A DNA stretch of 64,000 nt from the human T2T-CHM13v2.0 reference genome, Homo sapiens. The translations under genes were made by a program, and so were the position numbers. The first letter of the stretch is position 1. Every line of letters begins with the position of its first letter. The notes below the pieces were generated by a model, which worked only from the letters and a program-made list of their open reading frames with translations, was not told the origin of the DNA and searched no databases. The DNA is taken from assembly GCF_009914755.1 (NCBI RefSeq), contig NC_060926.1. One strand, given 5' to 3'. Below are positions 16,400-50,834 of this stretch, in pieces.

Positions 16400-16530
16400 T
16401 AGGAAGAGAGGCTCTTATCTTGTGGGCAGGAAGTGTGAGGTGTTGAGCAGCTAGGGAACCCTGGGGAGGCGGCGGGGAGCAGGAGGGGTGTGTGTTGTGG
16501 TGAGGAGGAGCGGAAGTCGGAAGCTCCAGC
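16400..16530 (+). promoter_or_regulatory. PSD4: PSD4 main promoter (TATA-less; ETS, RUNX and GC-box motifs)
   Basis: Tandem CGGAAGTCGGAAG (16511-16523), AGGAAGTG (16428), TGTGGT, GGGGAGGCGG. Confidence 0.7.
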
Positions 16531-16624
16531 CGTCACAGCCACATTCACTGGGCAAGCCGACTGTGAGCCAGGAAGTGCTCTTGGGGAGCCCAGGCCAAGC
16601 CATCCATTCTTGGGTCCTTTGGAG
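16510..16624 (+). other. PSD4: PSD4 exon 1 (5'UTR); start approximate
   Basis: Donor GAG|GTGAGC at 16624/16625 downstream of the ETS promoter. Confidence 0.75.
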
Positions 16625-17909
16625 GTGAGCTAAGTGGGTCTGCCTAGGTTGGGGCTGGTGGAACCTGTGGGAGCAGGGAATGTGGAGAGTCACATGTGGG
16701 TCCTTGTGGCAGGGGCTGGGGCAGGTGGGCAGGGGAGAGGCGAGGGCTCTGGCAGTGCCGTGTGCACCTGCCATGAGCCTGGGCTAGGCTAGGCCCCTCC
16801 TTCCCCCTTCCTGCTCTGTGTCCCGTCCCCCTCCTCCCTCAGCCTACCCCTCCTCATCTGACCCTTCTCTGATTCCCTGCCCTGGCCCCACGGACCTCTG
16901 TTGTTTCCCTTCCCTGGCTCCCCGCAGAGCCTCTGGAGGTCTGCAATAGTGAAGGGTGAAGGAAGCTCCTTGCTAATCCTCTTGTGAGTGTCACTGCGTC
17001 CCCAGTGACTGCTCTGGCTGAGTACCCAGTGGGGGCTTTTGTGGCCAAAGGTCCCAAGTGATTCTCGACCCTAGACTCTGGAGAGAGGGAGTCTGGAAGG
17101 CCTGGGTTTGGGGTGGGGGTGGCTCTGGGTGTGGTTGCTGCAGGAGCTCAGAGTCAACTTGGCCATCAGGGGGCTCCCAGCTTCATCTTGCCTTCCAGGA
17201 CCATCCTGGAGAAGCTCGAGGAGAGGTAAGGGGACCCTCCTTACTGGTTTAGCTCTGGCTTAGGCCTGTTGTCCTGATGGGCAACAGGAACCACTGAACT
17301 CTCAAAGTGTGCCTGTGTAGGAAACTAAGGCCCACTGTAGTCATTATTGTTATAGTGAAGGTAGCTGCATGGAGGGAAAGTCCCCTGACACTGCCATTCC
17401 CCCCTTATTCCAGGGCCTAAAATCCCACAGTTGAAGTCACTCCTCTGCTAGAATGCAGGGAAGGGTGGCCTGTCATTAGCTGATGATAAATACTCCTCCG
17501 TTCATTGGACCTTGGACCAGCTTTAAAAAGTGGTCCCCAAGCAGGCCTGTCTCCCAGCTGCCTAGGACTCTAGAGCATCCCGTGGCCCCCTCCTCCTACA
17601 GACAAGGAACCGCCTAGCATGGGGATCAGAACACAGGCTGCTGAGCTCTTTGTTGGGGAAGGGGGAGAGACCCACAGAAGGGGTGAGGGATGTGGGGTGA
17701 GAGGACCCAGGGAGGAGAGGCCCAGCCTGGCCCCAGCCCCCTAGGGGTCTTTGTCCTCCCCAGGCAGCAGCTGTACTGGGTCCCCTTTGTCACTCTGTCC
17801 CTACCCCCGTGATCTCTCCCCTGGATACTCTCTGCCTACCTCAGACCGCCATCCTCTGCTCCCTTCCTGAGCCTCTGCTGGCCTCACCACAGGCCTTCAG
17901 TAGCACTGT

Positions 17910-17911
17910 CT

Positions 17912-17947
<36 letters not shown>

Positions 17948-17948
17948 C
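17910..17948. repeat. (CT)n(GT)n compound microsatellite
   Basis: Direct reading. Confidence 0.95.
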
Positions 17949-20493
17949 GTGCAAATTTGCATGATGGCTCTTTCTGTGTGGGCAGGATGTGGGGCCTTCT
18001 CGAGTCATTTCTCTCACGGTGCTTCAGACCCCAGGTTCAGACAGAGGCCTCTGTCCTGCAGCTCCAGGCCAGGGAGTTCCACTCATGGTTCCTGCCTGCA
18101 GCAACATCTGTAATTCGGCAGCTTCTCGGGCTGCAGAGGGACAGGACAGGTCACCTCCTAAGTCCTTGGACCGGCCAGAAGCCTTCATACCTTTTCCATA
18201 GGAGGGAAAACATTTCCAGGGTAAAAGGAGGGAGCGTTTGCTTGCTGAGTCTGGAAGCTCAAAAAGGGAAACAGAGACAGGCACCCTCCGGATGAAGGTT
18301 CAGGGCTGACTCCTTGAGGAGGCTGAGAGCTGAGCCTGACCAGGAGGGCTATTTGTTTGTTTTTGTTAATTTTGGCTTCTCTAAATGGACAGCAAAACAA
18401 CAAAATTAAACTGAGCAGGACACGGTATTTCCTGAGCACCCACCAAGGGCCAGGCCCAGCACTCAGACCCATTCCAACTTTACAACAAACCTGTGAAGTA
18501 TAGCTTTATTGGGTCTTGGTTCCTTATTTTACAGAAAAGGAACCAGGTGGAGTTTTTCACCCAGAGCCACATGGCTTGTCAGCTGTAGAGTTAGGATGGG
18601 ATTCTGCTCTGCATTCTTCACTATGACCCTGAAGTGGGCAAAGGAGGGTGGTCAGTGCAGGGCACCCAAGGCCATCACCTTCCTACTCAGGGCAGGCTCA
18701 TACCCCAGCCTCTGTGCCCGGTCTCCCCGTTCTTCAGCCAGGGTACAAGGCTGCAATGCCAGGCTGAGGGTGAAAAACAAACTCACTGTTAGAAAGCACC
18801 GTCCGGGTGCCAGGTGTCAGCTGGGTTCCTTCCTGCCCCCTTGGGTCAAAAAGAAATTGCCTTGAAGCCGGGGGTGGGGCAGGTGGGAGGGACTCTGCCT
18901 TCTAGTCCCTCAGCCATTGCTTTCTGTGTGTTTCACCTCCCACAAGAGGGACATAAGGCTTAGCCCTTGCAGTATTCTCCATGAGAAACATACACCCCCT
19001 CCCCACCGTGGTGAAGATTCTCTGAAATGTAGTCAGCTGTGCTCAAGAAGAGTGGCTGGTTGGCAGCAGAGTGGAGCGGTGCTCTCTCTTCCCCACCTCG
19101 GCTCCCTCCCCTCTGAACCCTCCTTAAACTTTCAGAGCCACCTCAGAGCTCAGAAAAACTGAAGGGTCACTTTAATGTAGAGGTAACAGAACTCAACTGA
19201 TGTGACAGGTGGCGATTCTTTTGCTGCGAATTCCTTTCCTTCTGCTTTCGTTCTGGTTGGGATAACAGACAGGAGATTTCAAGAGAGATTTTGCTAAACA
19301 CCAGGGGTGGAAAAACACAAGTAAACCAAGAAAATTTTAGATGCGTAAGACCTGGGCTCTGCTGCCCAGTTTCTGGCCTGCCTCTGCCTAGAGGGTGCCA
19401 TCCTACCTCAGGGATCAAAGGCTAGTTCCATCCTCCACCCTTCCGAGATCAGACCGCCCTCACCTGGGTGACCGGTAGGACTGCCTTTTTGGCCTTAGGA
19501 GGTGACTTCACCTTTTAGGTCATCCTACCTTTCCATTCAGGCAAGAGCAATTAAAAAACAGAAGGAAGACATCTTTTAAACACACAGTTACACAGTGCCC
19601 CCTGCACAAATGGAGAGCACAAACAAGACAATTGAATGGGTCCTCCTTTCTGTTCGGGTTGCTGCCTGGGAGCCAAGACCCACAGGGACATTTTGGCTGC
19701 TGACCTGGTAGGAACCTACCTCTGGGGGAGCACTGCCCTTGGAGCACTGGACTTCCTGGAGAGGGGAGGATGAGGTGATTGGTCATGGGCAGACTGGCCC
19801 CCGTGGGGAAGCCTTCATATTATAATGATGCTAATTCTCTTCTCCAAGCCTCGGTCTTCCCCGTCTTCTGGCCTGGTTGTTGTGGAGGGAGAGTTCTGAG
19901 GATCCATCCCATCAGTGTGTCTCTCCATTTGTCTGTCCATTCATCTAGCCATCCCCTCTCTTATTTTCACAAATGTTCTACAACGCCGACTCTCAGTCAA
20001 GGAGGCGCTGTACAGGAGTTCGAGTGACTCAAGTGAATTCAGGAATGTCCAAGAGAATTGATCAGTGGGGCAGGAGGAGAGAATGATGCTTAAGAGAGCT
20101 GTAACCTGGGTTCGCACACCAGCTCAAGTCACAGGGGGGCCTGAACCTCTTACGTCAACGCTAACCTTTAAGTTTCTAATCCACTTGAACTAAACCCCTC
20201 AAGTCAATGCTGATTTTTAAATTTCAAATCCAGTTGAACTAAAGTATGACCCCAGAGCTTGGTGGGTCGGAGTGGTTGACAAATCAGTTACATAATGTGA
20301 CTATGCCATTCAATATTTTCATACTGAGACACAGTGGCGAACAGGAAACATAAAGAACCTGCCGTCTTGGTGCTTACCTTCTAGGCAAACTAGAACCACG
20401 CGGGTAAACACACTGGCAACTACACACCGGGATAAACGCTCAGAAAGTAAAAGCGAGGGGTGGAGTATAGTCACATTGAGTTTAATTGGTTTA

Positions 20494-20796
<303 letters not shown>

Positions 20797-21988
20797 TGTC
20801 GCAGCCAGTCAAACTACATGCCTTGTCCCCACTGAATACCTGATCTGTCTCCACCCTTCCTGTCTCCATTGCCTTGGGCTCCCCTCCACTGACCAGTTCC
20901 TCACCCCCACCCCTCCCAGGCTCCTCAGGTGCTGCAGGCCCCAGAGATCTGCTCTCTTCTCTTTGCTCGGAAAGCTGCTGCAGCCTCTGGTATTTATTTT
21001 TTTTCCTCTGAAAAAACCCAGCAAGGAACACTGGTTTTTTTCTGGGAAGGCAAGTCCAATCCTCACTTGTATCTAGTATCAGCATTAGCGTGTACCTAGG
21101 GGGCTGCTTTATGTACATATACATATCTATTTGCAAGTACATATGTGCAAAGAGAGACAAGTGGGGTTTCCTCTCATCTTATGAAAAATTCAGGATGTCC
21201 TTTCTAGCAGGCCCAGCCCCGCATTCCCACTCCCATTCCCATATTGGCACGGGAACGTTTCTTGCCAAGTGAGTTGACTGATGGTGAGAGAAGGTGGGTT
21301 GGCGTTATCCTGGCAAAATGCTCTGGGGCTCATAGGGCCATGAGGCTGGCACTCATTCAGGTACAATGTGTGGAGTTGGGTGAATGAGAACAGGAGAAGG
21401 GATCAGGGATTTTGCATGGCAGGAGAACTATTTGGGCCCAAAGACCAGGACTTTACAGAGACGTGGAGGGTGGCTTTGGGGTCTGGGAAGGGAGGCAGTT
21501 GAGTAGAGCTAGGGATGTCCTATGTTCTGGTACCTGTAAACCAGGTGCTTCTCCCCAGCTTTCCCCTCTATCTCTAAATAAACATGTCTTCCTAGTCATT
21601 TATTATACCCCATGGGCTGGTGTCTTGAGGAGGCGCAGTGGGATGTGGTGGGGTGAGTCACCTCCTTGCTCACACTCGGTTGCTCTCCACCAGGCAGGTT
21701 TGGGGAGGGAGATTTGGGGTCCAGGGTGTTTTCCCTAGTATAGACAATAGATCCTGAGGCTCCTCATCCCTTCTGCCTTAGAAGTAGAACCGTCTCAGGC
21801 CTCTTGCCCAGAGAGCACTGAGGGTGACAATGGGCAGCTGCATGGGGAGCAGAGAGTGGTATGGACTTAAGGAGTAAACCATACAAATCCTCTGCCTGTT
21901 ACCTGGAGGTAGTGGTGGGAGGTGGAGAGGCAGAACCTAGAATGATGAGTGAAGGCTGGATCCATAGGAGAAGAATGAAAGGCAAGAC

Positions 21989-22302
21989 TGTTAATGGAAA
22001 GGGATTCCAATCCAGACCCCAAGAGAGGGTTCTTGGATCTCGTGCAAGAAAGAATTCAAGGTGAATCCATAAAATGAGGGCAAGTTTATTAGCAAAGTAA
22101 AAGAATAAAAGAATGGTTACTCCATAGGCAGAGCAGCGCTTGGGCTGCTGGATTAAGGATACCCGTATCTTGAGCCGACCTCTTATCTCATCCTGTGACT
22201 TAGAATGCCTAGCTTCCCGGGAATGCAGCCCAGTAGGTCTCAGCCTTATTTTACCCAGCCCCTATTCAAGATGGAGCCACTCTGGTTCAAACATCTCTGA
22301 TG
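21989..22302 (-). mobile_element. MER41-like ERV1 solo LTR with internal deletion
   Basis: Both MER41 termini (TGTT..GAAAGGG..TCCAGACCCCAAGAGAGGGTTCTTGGATCT; CTATTCAAGATGGAG..CTCTGGTTCAAAC); 4-bp TSD AGAC. Confidence 0.8.
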
Positions 22303-23418
22303 AGACCAAATCTGGTCCATTTGATTCAGAGCATCAAGTACAAGATTAAACATAAGAAAGGGCCTCTCCTCTCGGAAAGTCAGCCTGTTGGGGAGGCTGC
22401 CTTAACTAACAGGTGGAAGGGCCCTGAAGGCCGGTCAGGGACCATTCCGGGTGGGCTGGAACATCAGAATCCTGAGGGTGTCATCCAGCAAGTCTAGATT
22501 CTTGTTATTCTAAAACAGGAATGCAAGGGTTGGGTCAGAGGGAGGGGTAAAAACCCAGAAAGAGATTTCTTTTGGAGGCACTTTTAGAAAAAGGATACTT
22601 TCAAGGTGAATAAGAAACTGAAATGCATACTGGCCCTCCTTCCTTCTCTCAGGTGCCCTCCAGAAAAAAGGCGTGGGGCAAAGCAATGTTTTCTAGGTGA
22701 CCTTGAATAACAGCTGGACCCCCTGACCTTCGTGAGAGAGCGCTGAGGGTTACCATTTACTGAGTGTCTAACAGTGGGCCAAGCCTGGGCTGAAGGCCGC
22801 GCGAATCACCTCCGTTAACCCTAGCTCCCCACTGCAGTGGGGCTCCCAGATGCTAAGGAACTTTCCAGGCTTATCCACTCAGTTGTATGTGGCAGGACGA
22901 GGGTTTGAGCTGCAGTCCATGTGGCTATTGATTCAGCTTATGTTCTCTAGTGCTGGGCAGGGAGGAGCTGACCCCCATGGGTTTGTTATGTGTGCTGGTT
23001 AGGGCCCTGCATGCCAGTCAAGCTCCTGTCCTACAGCCTGCCTGTGGGAGGATCTCAGTGTGAGGTCTGGAGCCCTGGACGAGGCCACCTGGGCTCACTC
23101 TCTTCATACTGGAGCAGGGAAAGGGCAGAGAGAGCTGCAGACCGGAAGGTGGATGGTCTGGGGTCGGAGTCCGGCCCCTGTCACCAGCTGTGAGTCATTA
23201 AGCCAGACTCAGGCTAAGGCTTCCTCATCTGTTAAACAGCGACACGCAGGGGACTGCTCATCTTTCAGGTGCGAGGTTGGGGGAGTGGTGGGTGGGGACA
23301 GGCATGGTTAACTGCATGTGGAAGGGGCTGTTGTTCTTGGGTATCTGGAAGTCACACGTGGTTATAAACTGGGAGCATGTGTGTGTTTGTTAATAGTCTT
23401 GCTCCCCAAAATATTCTA

Positions 23419-23832
<414 letters not shown>

Positions 23833-25025
23833 TTACGACATGCCATAAGGACCTGTGTACTTGACCCTGCACTTCCACTTTGTGGAGAGCCAGCACCATG
23901 AGACAAACAAGTTACAAGCTTCACAGTGTGCTTTGGATCAAAACAAGCCAGCTATTCTGAGGAAGCAGGGCTGCTCTGAGAGCCGTGTAAGCGGTGGGCT
24001 GCATGCAGGGGATGGAAATGCATGCTTCTAGAAAACACCCTGCGAGGTTCCTGGGCTCATCTGATAAGGGCCCACCCAGAGTGTTAGTGCAGGCTGTGCA
24101 CACAGCAGCTCTGGGCAGATGTGAGGCAGTTCCAGGCAGACATGGCTGCCACATCCCAGCCTCTTCCTCCCTAGAAGGCAGAGATCTCCTCCCCATGCAG
24201 CAGGCAGTCTGCTGGGTGGTAGGCAGCAGGGCTGAAGCATCCTCCCTTCATGAGGGCTTGGGCTGAGTTAAGCAGAGAGCCCCTTGCTGCTTCCACCTGG
24301 GCCAAATTCCAAGCTGCCAACAGCTTACAAGGACAAAGAAGCAGGCTGTGAGCCAGCCTGGTGAACAGGGTAAGGCCCCAAGGATAGGAGCCTTGGAAAG
24401 TGGAAGTAAGGCAGGCTGTGGCCTTCATGTCGTGGGTGCCTGCTTCTTCCATGAGTCTGTTGCATTCTCCTCACCTCGTCTGTGTCTGTTTGGCTCCCAC
24501 ATGCTTTGGTTTACATGTCCTTTGTGGCTTGCAGCTGCTTCCTTGATACCTAGAGGCATTTCCGCCTTCAGTTCCTGCTGCCAACCACCTCGGTCTCCAC
24601 ACTCTCCAATCCAAATGCCCAAGAGAAGGATCTGATTTGGCCAGTTTGTTCTTTTCAGCTAAGCCACATGGGCTACCTTCAGCCAACAGATGGGTGTCTT
24701 TGGGGCAGGTGCTGCCCTGGTGCAAGTTTAGAGATTGTGGGATCAGATGGAATAAGTGGTACACTCCTTACTCCCAGCAGGGCTGTGGAGGGCAGTGCTA
24801 AGGAGCAGCAGGCATAGATGGGGAAGACACTCCAAACACATCTAACACACTACACACGTGCCTCCAGAGGCTGACAGCCCTTCCCTAACCTGCACTTGCT
24901 TTGGGCATTTCCAGGGTAGATATGGATTCCCAGTTTCTCCAGCGGCCAGTGCTCCCCCTAGTCCACACAGTGAGACCGTGAAAGCAGATGCTCCGGGGCA
25001 CTCCTGGGCAGCTTTTGCTCAGTGG

Positions 25026-43991
<18,966 letters not shown>

Positions 43992-45470
43992 AGCCAGCAC
44001 CACCTCAGAGACACTGTTCCCTGCTCCAGGGTAGACCTGAGATGAACCTCCCTGGAGGAGACTTATTTCAATGAGTCCACCATGACGGATGAGGCACCTC
44101 CTTTCCCTGCTGAAGGACAAACCTTGTTTCCCTGTGGCCCTCATTCTTGTGCTCCCTGAAGCTTTCCTAATATTGCTGTGCTCCCCACCACCCCCATGGC
44201 AGTCCCTCCGCAGCCCCAGTCCCTGGCCACGCCCAAGGGAAGAGGGAGGTGAGGACTTGACTTTCCTCCCAGAGCTCAGCCCATGTCACCCTCCAGGCCC
44301 CAGAATCCAGAGTGGCCTCATTTCCTAGACTTGCTGAGAACTCAGCACTTGTTTGAGAACCAGTGCTTATGTGGTGTGCCCTTGGCTTCTGGGGGAGAGC
44401 TTGGGGCAGCAGAGGCCCCTGGGCAGCCCAGCCAGGGGAGCCACAGCCCCGAGGATGGTCTTGCTCTGGGAATTAGGTGACCTTCCTGGGGAGGCCCCAG
44501 GAGAGTGAATCAGGGACTCTTGAGAAATTCCTAACCAGCCTCCTGTGACCCAGGGAGCAGGGTCGCTAAGGTCCTGCCCACTGAGGGGACAGCCTTCTGG
44601 GCAGGGACCTCGGGGGGCTTCAAGGGCTCTGCACGGCTGTGGGGCCCTGTGCCTTTGTCTCCTTGTGTCTCCTTTCCCCCGAAGTAGATGAAACAGTCTC
44701 ACATACCCAACTGCTCATCAACAGAGCAGAGCTGATGGCATGAGTGAGGGCTGGGCGGGGTGGGGCCTCCAGAGCTTTGCAGGGAACCCTGGAACCCTAG
44801 GAACAAGGAGCCTTTGTTCCAACAGAGCAGAGAAGGAGGTTCTCTATGTTCAGACCACTGGAGAGGATAGAGAGGTAAAAGGTGGCGACAGTTTCCCTTA
44901 GGGGTCTGCCTGGCAGGAGCCACAGCTCAGGAGAGTTGTGAGGGATGGGACGGAGGCTGGCGACCAGGCGAGGCCTAGGCCAGGCTCGGGAGACTTTTCT
45001 GTGCTCCTTTCTACACATGCCTTAAACCTTCCTTCCTGTGGGGTGCCTGGACCCCTTCCCCATCTCTGGCAGCTCAGAGGGTCTCTGCTGCTCTCCCCTG
45101 GGAAATCCCCTCATCCTGCCCTCTGGCTGCCTCCCAGCTGGGCTTGTTCTCTGAGGGAGGTTCCGGAGACTCATGGACTTGGGGCTCTGCCTGTAGGAAG
45201 GAGGCTGGGCCGGAGGGACCAGCCACCATTGTCTCTGTTCAGCCAAGTGTGCAAGTAGGCTGCCCGCCAAGAGGGGGCCTCTGCTACCCGCTGCTGCCTG
45301 CCGGCTGACACACTGCCTCCCCAGCCTTCCTGCTAGGCCACCCTCCTCCCTTCCCATGCTTGTAACCAGCTCTGGGGCTTGCACCTCCACAAAGTAAGGT
45401 TGGCCCTTGGAGGCCATGTTTGGGTCTCCGGCCAGGGCCTAGGGCTAGGCCATGCACCCAATGGGTGCAC

Positions 45471-45476
45471 AATAAA
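45471..45476 (+). terminator. PSD4: PSD4 proximal poly(A) signal AATAAA
   Basis: AATAAA ~1.5 kb after the stop, followed by GT-rich sequence. Confidence 0.75.
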
Positions 45477-46122
45477 TAACAGGTCAACAAAGAGGGAGGT
45501 GTGTCAGTGTGTGAGGAAGGGAGGTCAGGCAGCTAGGACCACCTGCAGTGTGGCAGGCTTCATCCCTCTTTGCTCCAAGTGTGTATGTGTGTCTGTGCAT
45601 GTGTGTAGTGTCTGTGTCTGTGTGTTCATGCATATGCAGGAGTCACACGGTCATAGGCCATCAAAGCTGGAGGAGACCTCAGAATCATTCATTCACCTAC
45701 TTGCTCATTTATTCATTCATTCATTTTGCAGATAATATGGGACGCTTTCTATGTGCCAGTACCAGGGGATTCACAAATGAATTAAACATGTCCCTGACTC
45801 CATGAGTTGACAATCTTGCCCACTGGTTTCCTGCTCTCAGTTTACAGAGGCACTTTTATCTTGCTGGGGAAGTGTGCTGAAAAGACACATTCCCAGCCCA
45901 CACCCAGGGATGCTGATTCAGTCAGCCTGGGTCAGAGGGATAGATAAATATGTTTAAAGCTCCTTGGGTAATTCTGATGTGTAAGTAGCAGTTAGCTGCA
46001 GTAGAGTCCAATTGCCTCATTTGATTGAAGTGGAATCCCAGCATCAAGTGGACATGACTTTTGGCCCAAGACTGATGCTTACAAACTAAGTGGAGTAGGT
46101 TATTTGACCTCACTGAACATGC

Positions 46123-46125
<3 letters not shown>

Positions 46126-46153
<28 letters not shown>

Positions 46154-46432
46154 TGAGACGGAGTTTCGCTCTTGTAACCCAGGCTGGAGTGCAATGGTGT
46201 GATCTTGGCTGACTGCAACCTCCACTGAATCAAGCGATTCTCCTGCCTCAGCCTCCCAAGTAGCTAGGATTACAGGCGTGTGCCACCACGCCCGGCTATT
46301 TTTTGTATTTTTAGTAGAGATGGGGTTTCGTCATGTTGGCTAGGCTGGTCTCGAACTCCTGACCTCAGGTAGTCTGCCTGCCTCGGCCCCCCAAAGTGCT
46401 GGGATTACAGGCGTGAACCACCACACCTGGCC
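46126..46432 (-). mobile_element. Alu
   Basis: Antisense Alu, TSD ATGCATCCTT. Confidence 0.93.
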
Positions 46433-47324
46433 TATGCATCCTTATTTCTAAAACCATGATAAAAGGTGAAAGTCTGAATGCATGTGTGTGTGACACTTTG
46501 ATGCTCCTTTGCTCATGTAGAACCGGCACCTCTCTTTCACCTGAGCACGTGGAATCTTCAGAGCCAGATGATGGTGGCTGCCTGGCCTGCCATAGTCAAT
46601 GCTGCCCAGGCACCTCTGCCTGGAGGGTCTGGGTTGTGGGCTGCAGTTATGACATGTGACCACTTGGAGGCAGGCTTGCATCTTTCTAGCTTCTGGCTGC
46701 TCAGGTGTCCTGCTGTGGAGCTGAGCTGTGCTCCCTGAAAGGCAGGAAGTTATTATGTGTGCCCCTGTGCCATCACCGAACCAGGACCTTCAACTTCGTA
46801 AAACCCACAGTGGCCTGGGCCAGGACTCCCACCATCTAGGGAAGCCTCTCCTAGGGAAAAGACTGGGGCTCTGACATCTTCCTGCAGATGGAGAGAAAGA
46901 AAGACATCTCAGAAGTCTATGGGGACAGCCTACAGCTCCCCACAGGGTTGCTCCAGGTAACGCTGGAAGGTGAAAGCTGAGCAGGCTCCAGTCCCCATCC
47001 TAGGTATGGAACAGATCAAACCACCACAGGCCTATGTCTGACCTTGTTCCCACCCCATGCTCCTCTCCCACCTGTGTCCTTCTCTTTGCAGGAGAAGGGA
47101 CAGACAGAGGTTCTCAGTGATGAGCTCAGGCTCTGGAAGGGCACTTGAAGTTTGGCTTTAGTTCTTCCTTTCCCATATAGGGGAGCTCAGCTTCCAGGGT
47201 CCTGGGCCTGCTGTGACCCAGGTTGTTACTCCTGATATAACTGCTTCCTGGGCTCTCATGATCTCAGCTGAGCCTGGCTTTCTGCTGATGATATTTGTTT
47301 GTTGCTTGCCAGGCACCAGGGTAG

Positions 47325-47856
<532 letters not shown>

Positions 47857-47898
47857 TAAAGAGAAGAGTGCCAAGCTCAGGGCTTGGAGGACAGCCTA

Positions 47899-48253
<355 letters not shown>

Positions 48254-49099
48254 TCAGAATATGGCCTGCAAATGCACTGTACTATTTGTGTAACTTATAT
48301 GTAAATCTGAAATTATTTCAAAATAAATACAAAAAGAAAAAAAGGCAATATCCCAGAACCTTGTGAAAACCTGGCCGTAGCAGGTCCTTTTTCCTCCTGC
48401 TGAGCTGAGCAGGCATGCTCACAGATCCTCAAGGTTTCTTGAATGGCTACTGTCCTCCCCACTGGCCCCTCTGCCAACACCTCTGCCCCTCAGCTTTTCT
48501 GATGCCCATGCCCCCTCACCAGCTAACTGTGGCTTGCACCTTTACCTGTTCCCTTCATTTTCCCTTCTCCAGAGGAAGAGGTGCTCTCCACAAGCCTGTG
48601 ACCAACTGTTCCCCTCAGCCGGCACACTGGCTCCTCTTCTCCTGCCTGCCACAGACCTCTCTCCTTCATGGGCCCACTGGGGCTCTTTGAGCCTATTCTC
48701 TACCCCCTTCATTATCATGCCTTGCAAACACCATCATGAGCAAAAATCAAAGCTGGTGTTAGACTCTCTTGCTTTCCATAGCTGACCCTGGCTTCCCTGC
48801 TTTCTGTGATGAATTCACGGTATGTGTGGGCTTTGCCAACTGTTCCCAGCCCTTACCAGGTTCCCATTCATACCTGGCTCTAATTCACACCTTACAAATC
48901 GGCGTCCACCCCACCTTTGCCTGAAATGGCACCTCCTAGGGCAATTGATGGCTGCAGTCATCAACTCTGATGCCTTCTCAGCCTTCTTCCGCCATCACCT
49001 CTCAGCGACCTTTGGCCTTGATAGCTATGTGATCATCTACCAGACCCTGCACCCAGGCTCAGCCTGATCTTGCCCCAGTGGCCAGGCCCTTGAGTGGGA

Positions 49100-49300
49100 C
49101 TGCCGGGAATTGAGTCCAGCTTTTCTAGCCATCTGACCGTGGCCAGTTAGCCTCTTATGTTCTGTTTGCTTCTCTATAAAATGGGGATAATAACACTACT
49201 TATGTCACAAGGTCCTCATGAAGATTAAGTGAAATTATGCACGTAAACATCTCAGAACAATGCCTGGCACAGAAGGGACACCTGTGAGGTTAGCTATTAA
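49100..49300 (+). mobile_element. MIR
   Basis: TATAAAATGGGGATAATAAC...ATGAAGATTAAGTGAAAT...CAGAACAATGCCTGGCAC. Confidence 0.75.
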
Positions 49301-49909
49301 TTCATAGCCTCACCAGACTTACCCCACGTCTGCTCCCCTCCTCCTCTGGGCTCTGGCTTAGGCTCTGCCCTCATGCATGCCATCCTGCTTGGATGCTGGG
49401 TAGCTTTGCACTTGGCTCTGCCTTGGCCTGCAAATAACAAATCTGAGCTCAAATGAGCTTTAGCAGAAAAGGACTTTGATTGGCTCCAATAGCTGAATAA
49501 TCTGTATCCAGGTCAGGTGAGGCTTCATCTCGGGCTTCACTCTGATTCAAGGCCCCTTTTCTCTCTTGTTCTTTTGGGGGCTCCATCTCCCAGGCCTATG
49601 AGCAGGAACAACCCTCATGCTTCCAAGATGGCCCCAGGAACTCTCAAGATCCATTTTCTTGGTGCAAATATAGCAGAAAGTGACTCTCTGCTTCCTGGAA
49701 GTTTCAAACTCAAATCCAGGAATAGTCTCCTGTAGCAGCCTGCCTTGGGCCGTGTGCCCATATCTGAGCCAGTCACTAGAGCCAGGGGTTTAAGGAGATC
49801 AGAGTCCACTTCTGGAGAGGATGAGAGTGAAGTCAGCACCACCAAAACATAGGGACCAGCTGTGGAGAAATTGTGAGTACTGGAAGGACAGGATAGGAGG
49901 AATGGATGA

Positions 49910-50332
<423 letters not shown>

Positions 50333-50405
50333 CTCTTCATTTCTTTTTGCCTCTCTGCTTCCAGAGCAACATAAACTCCCTGTGGGCAGGAACTGGGATT
50401 GTTGA

Positions 50406-50834
<429 letters not shown>

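Noticed and set aside
23920-24856. Possible old MaLR/ERVL LTR upstream of exon 2
   Set aside because: Only vague motif resemblance; cannot be assigned without a repeat search.
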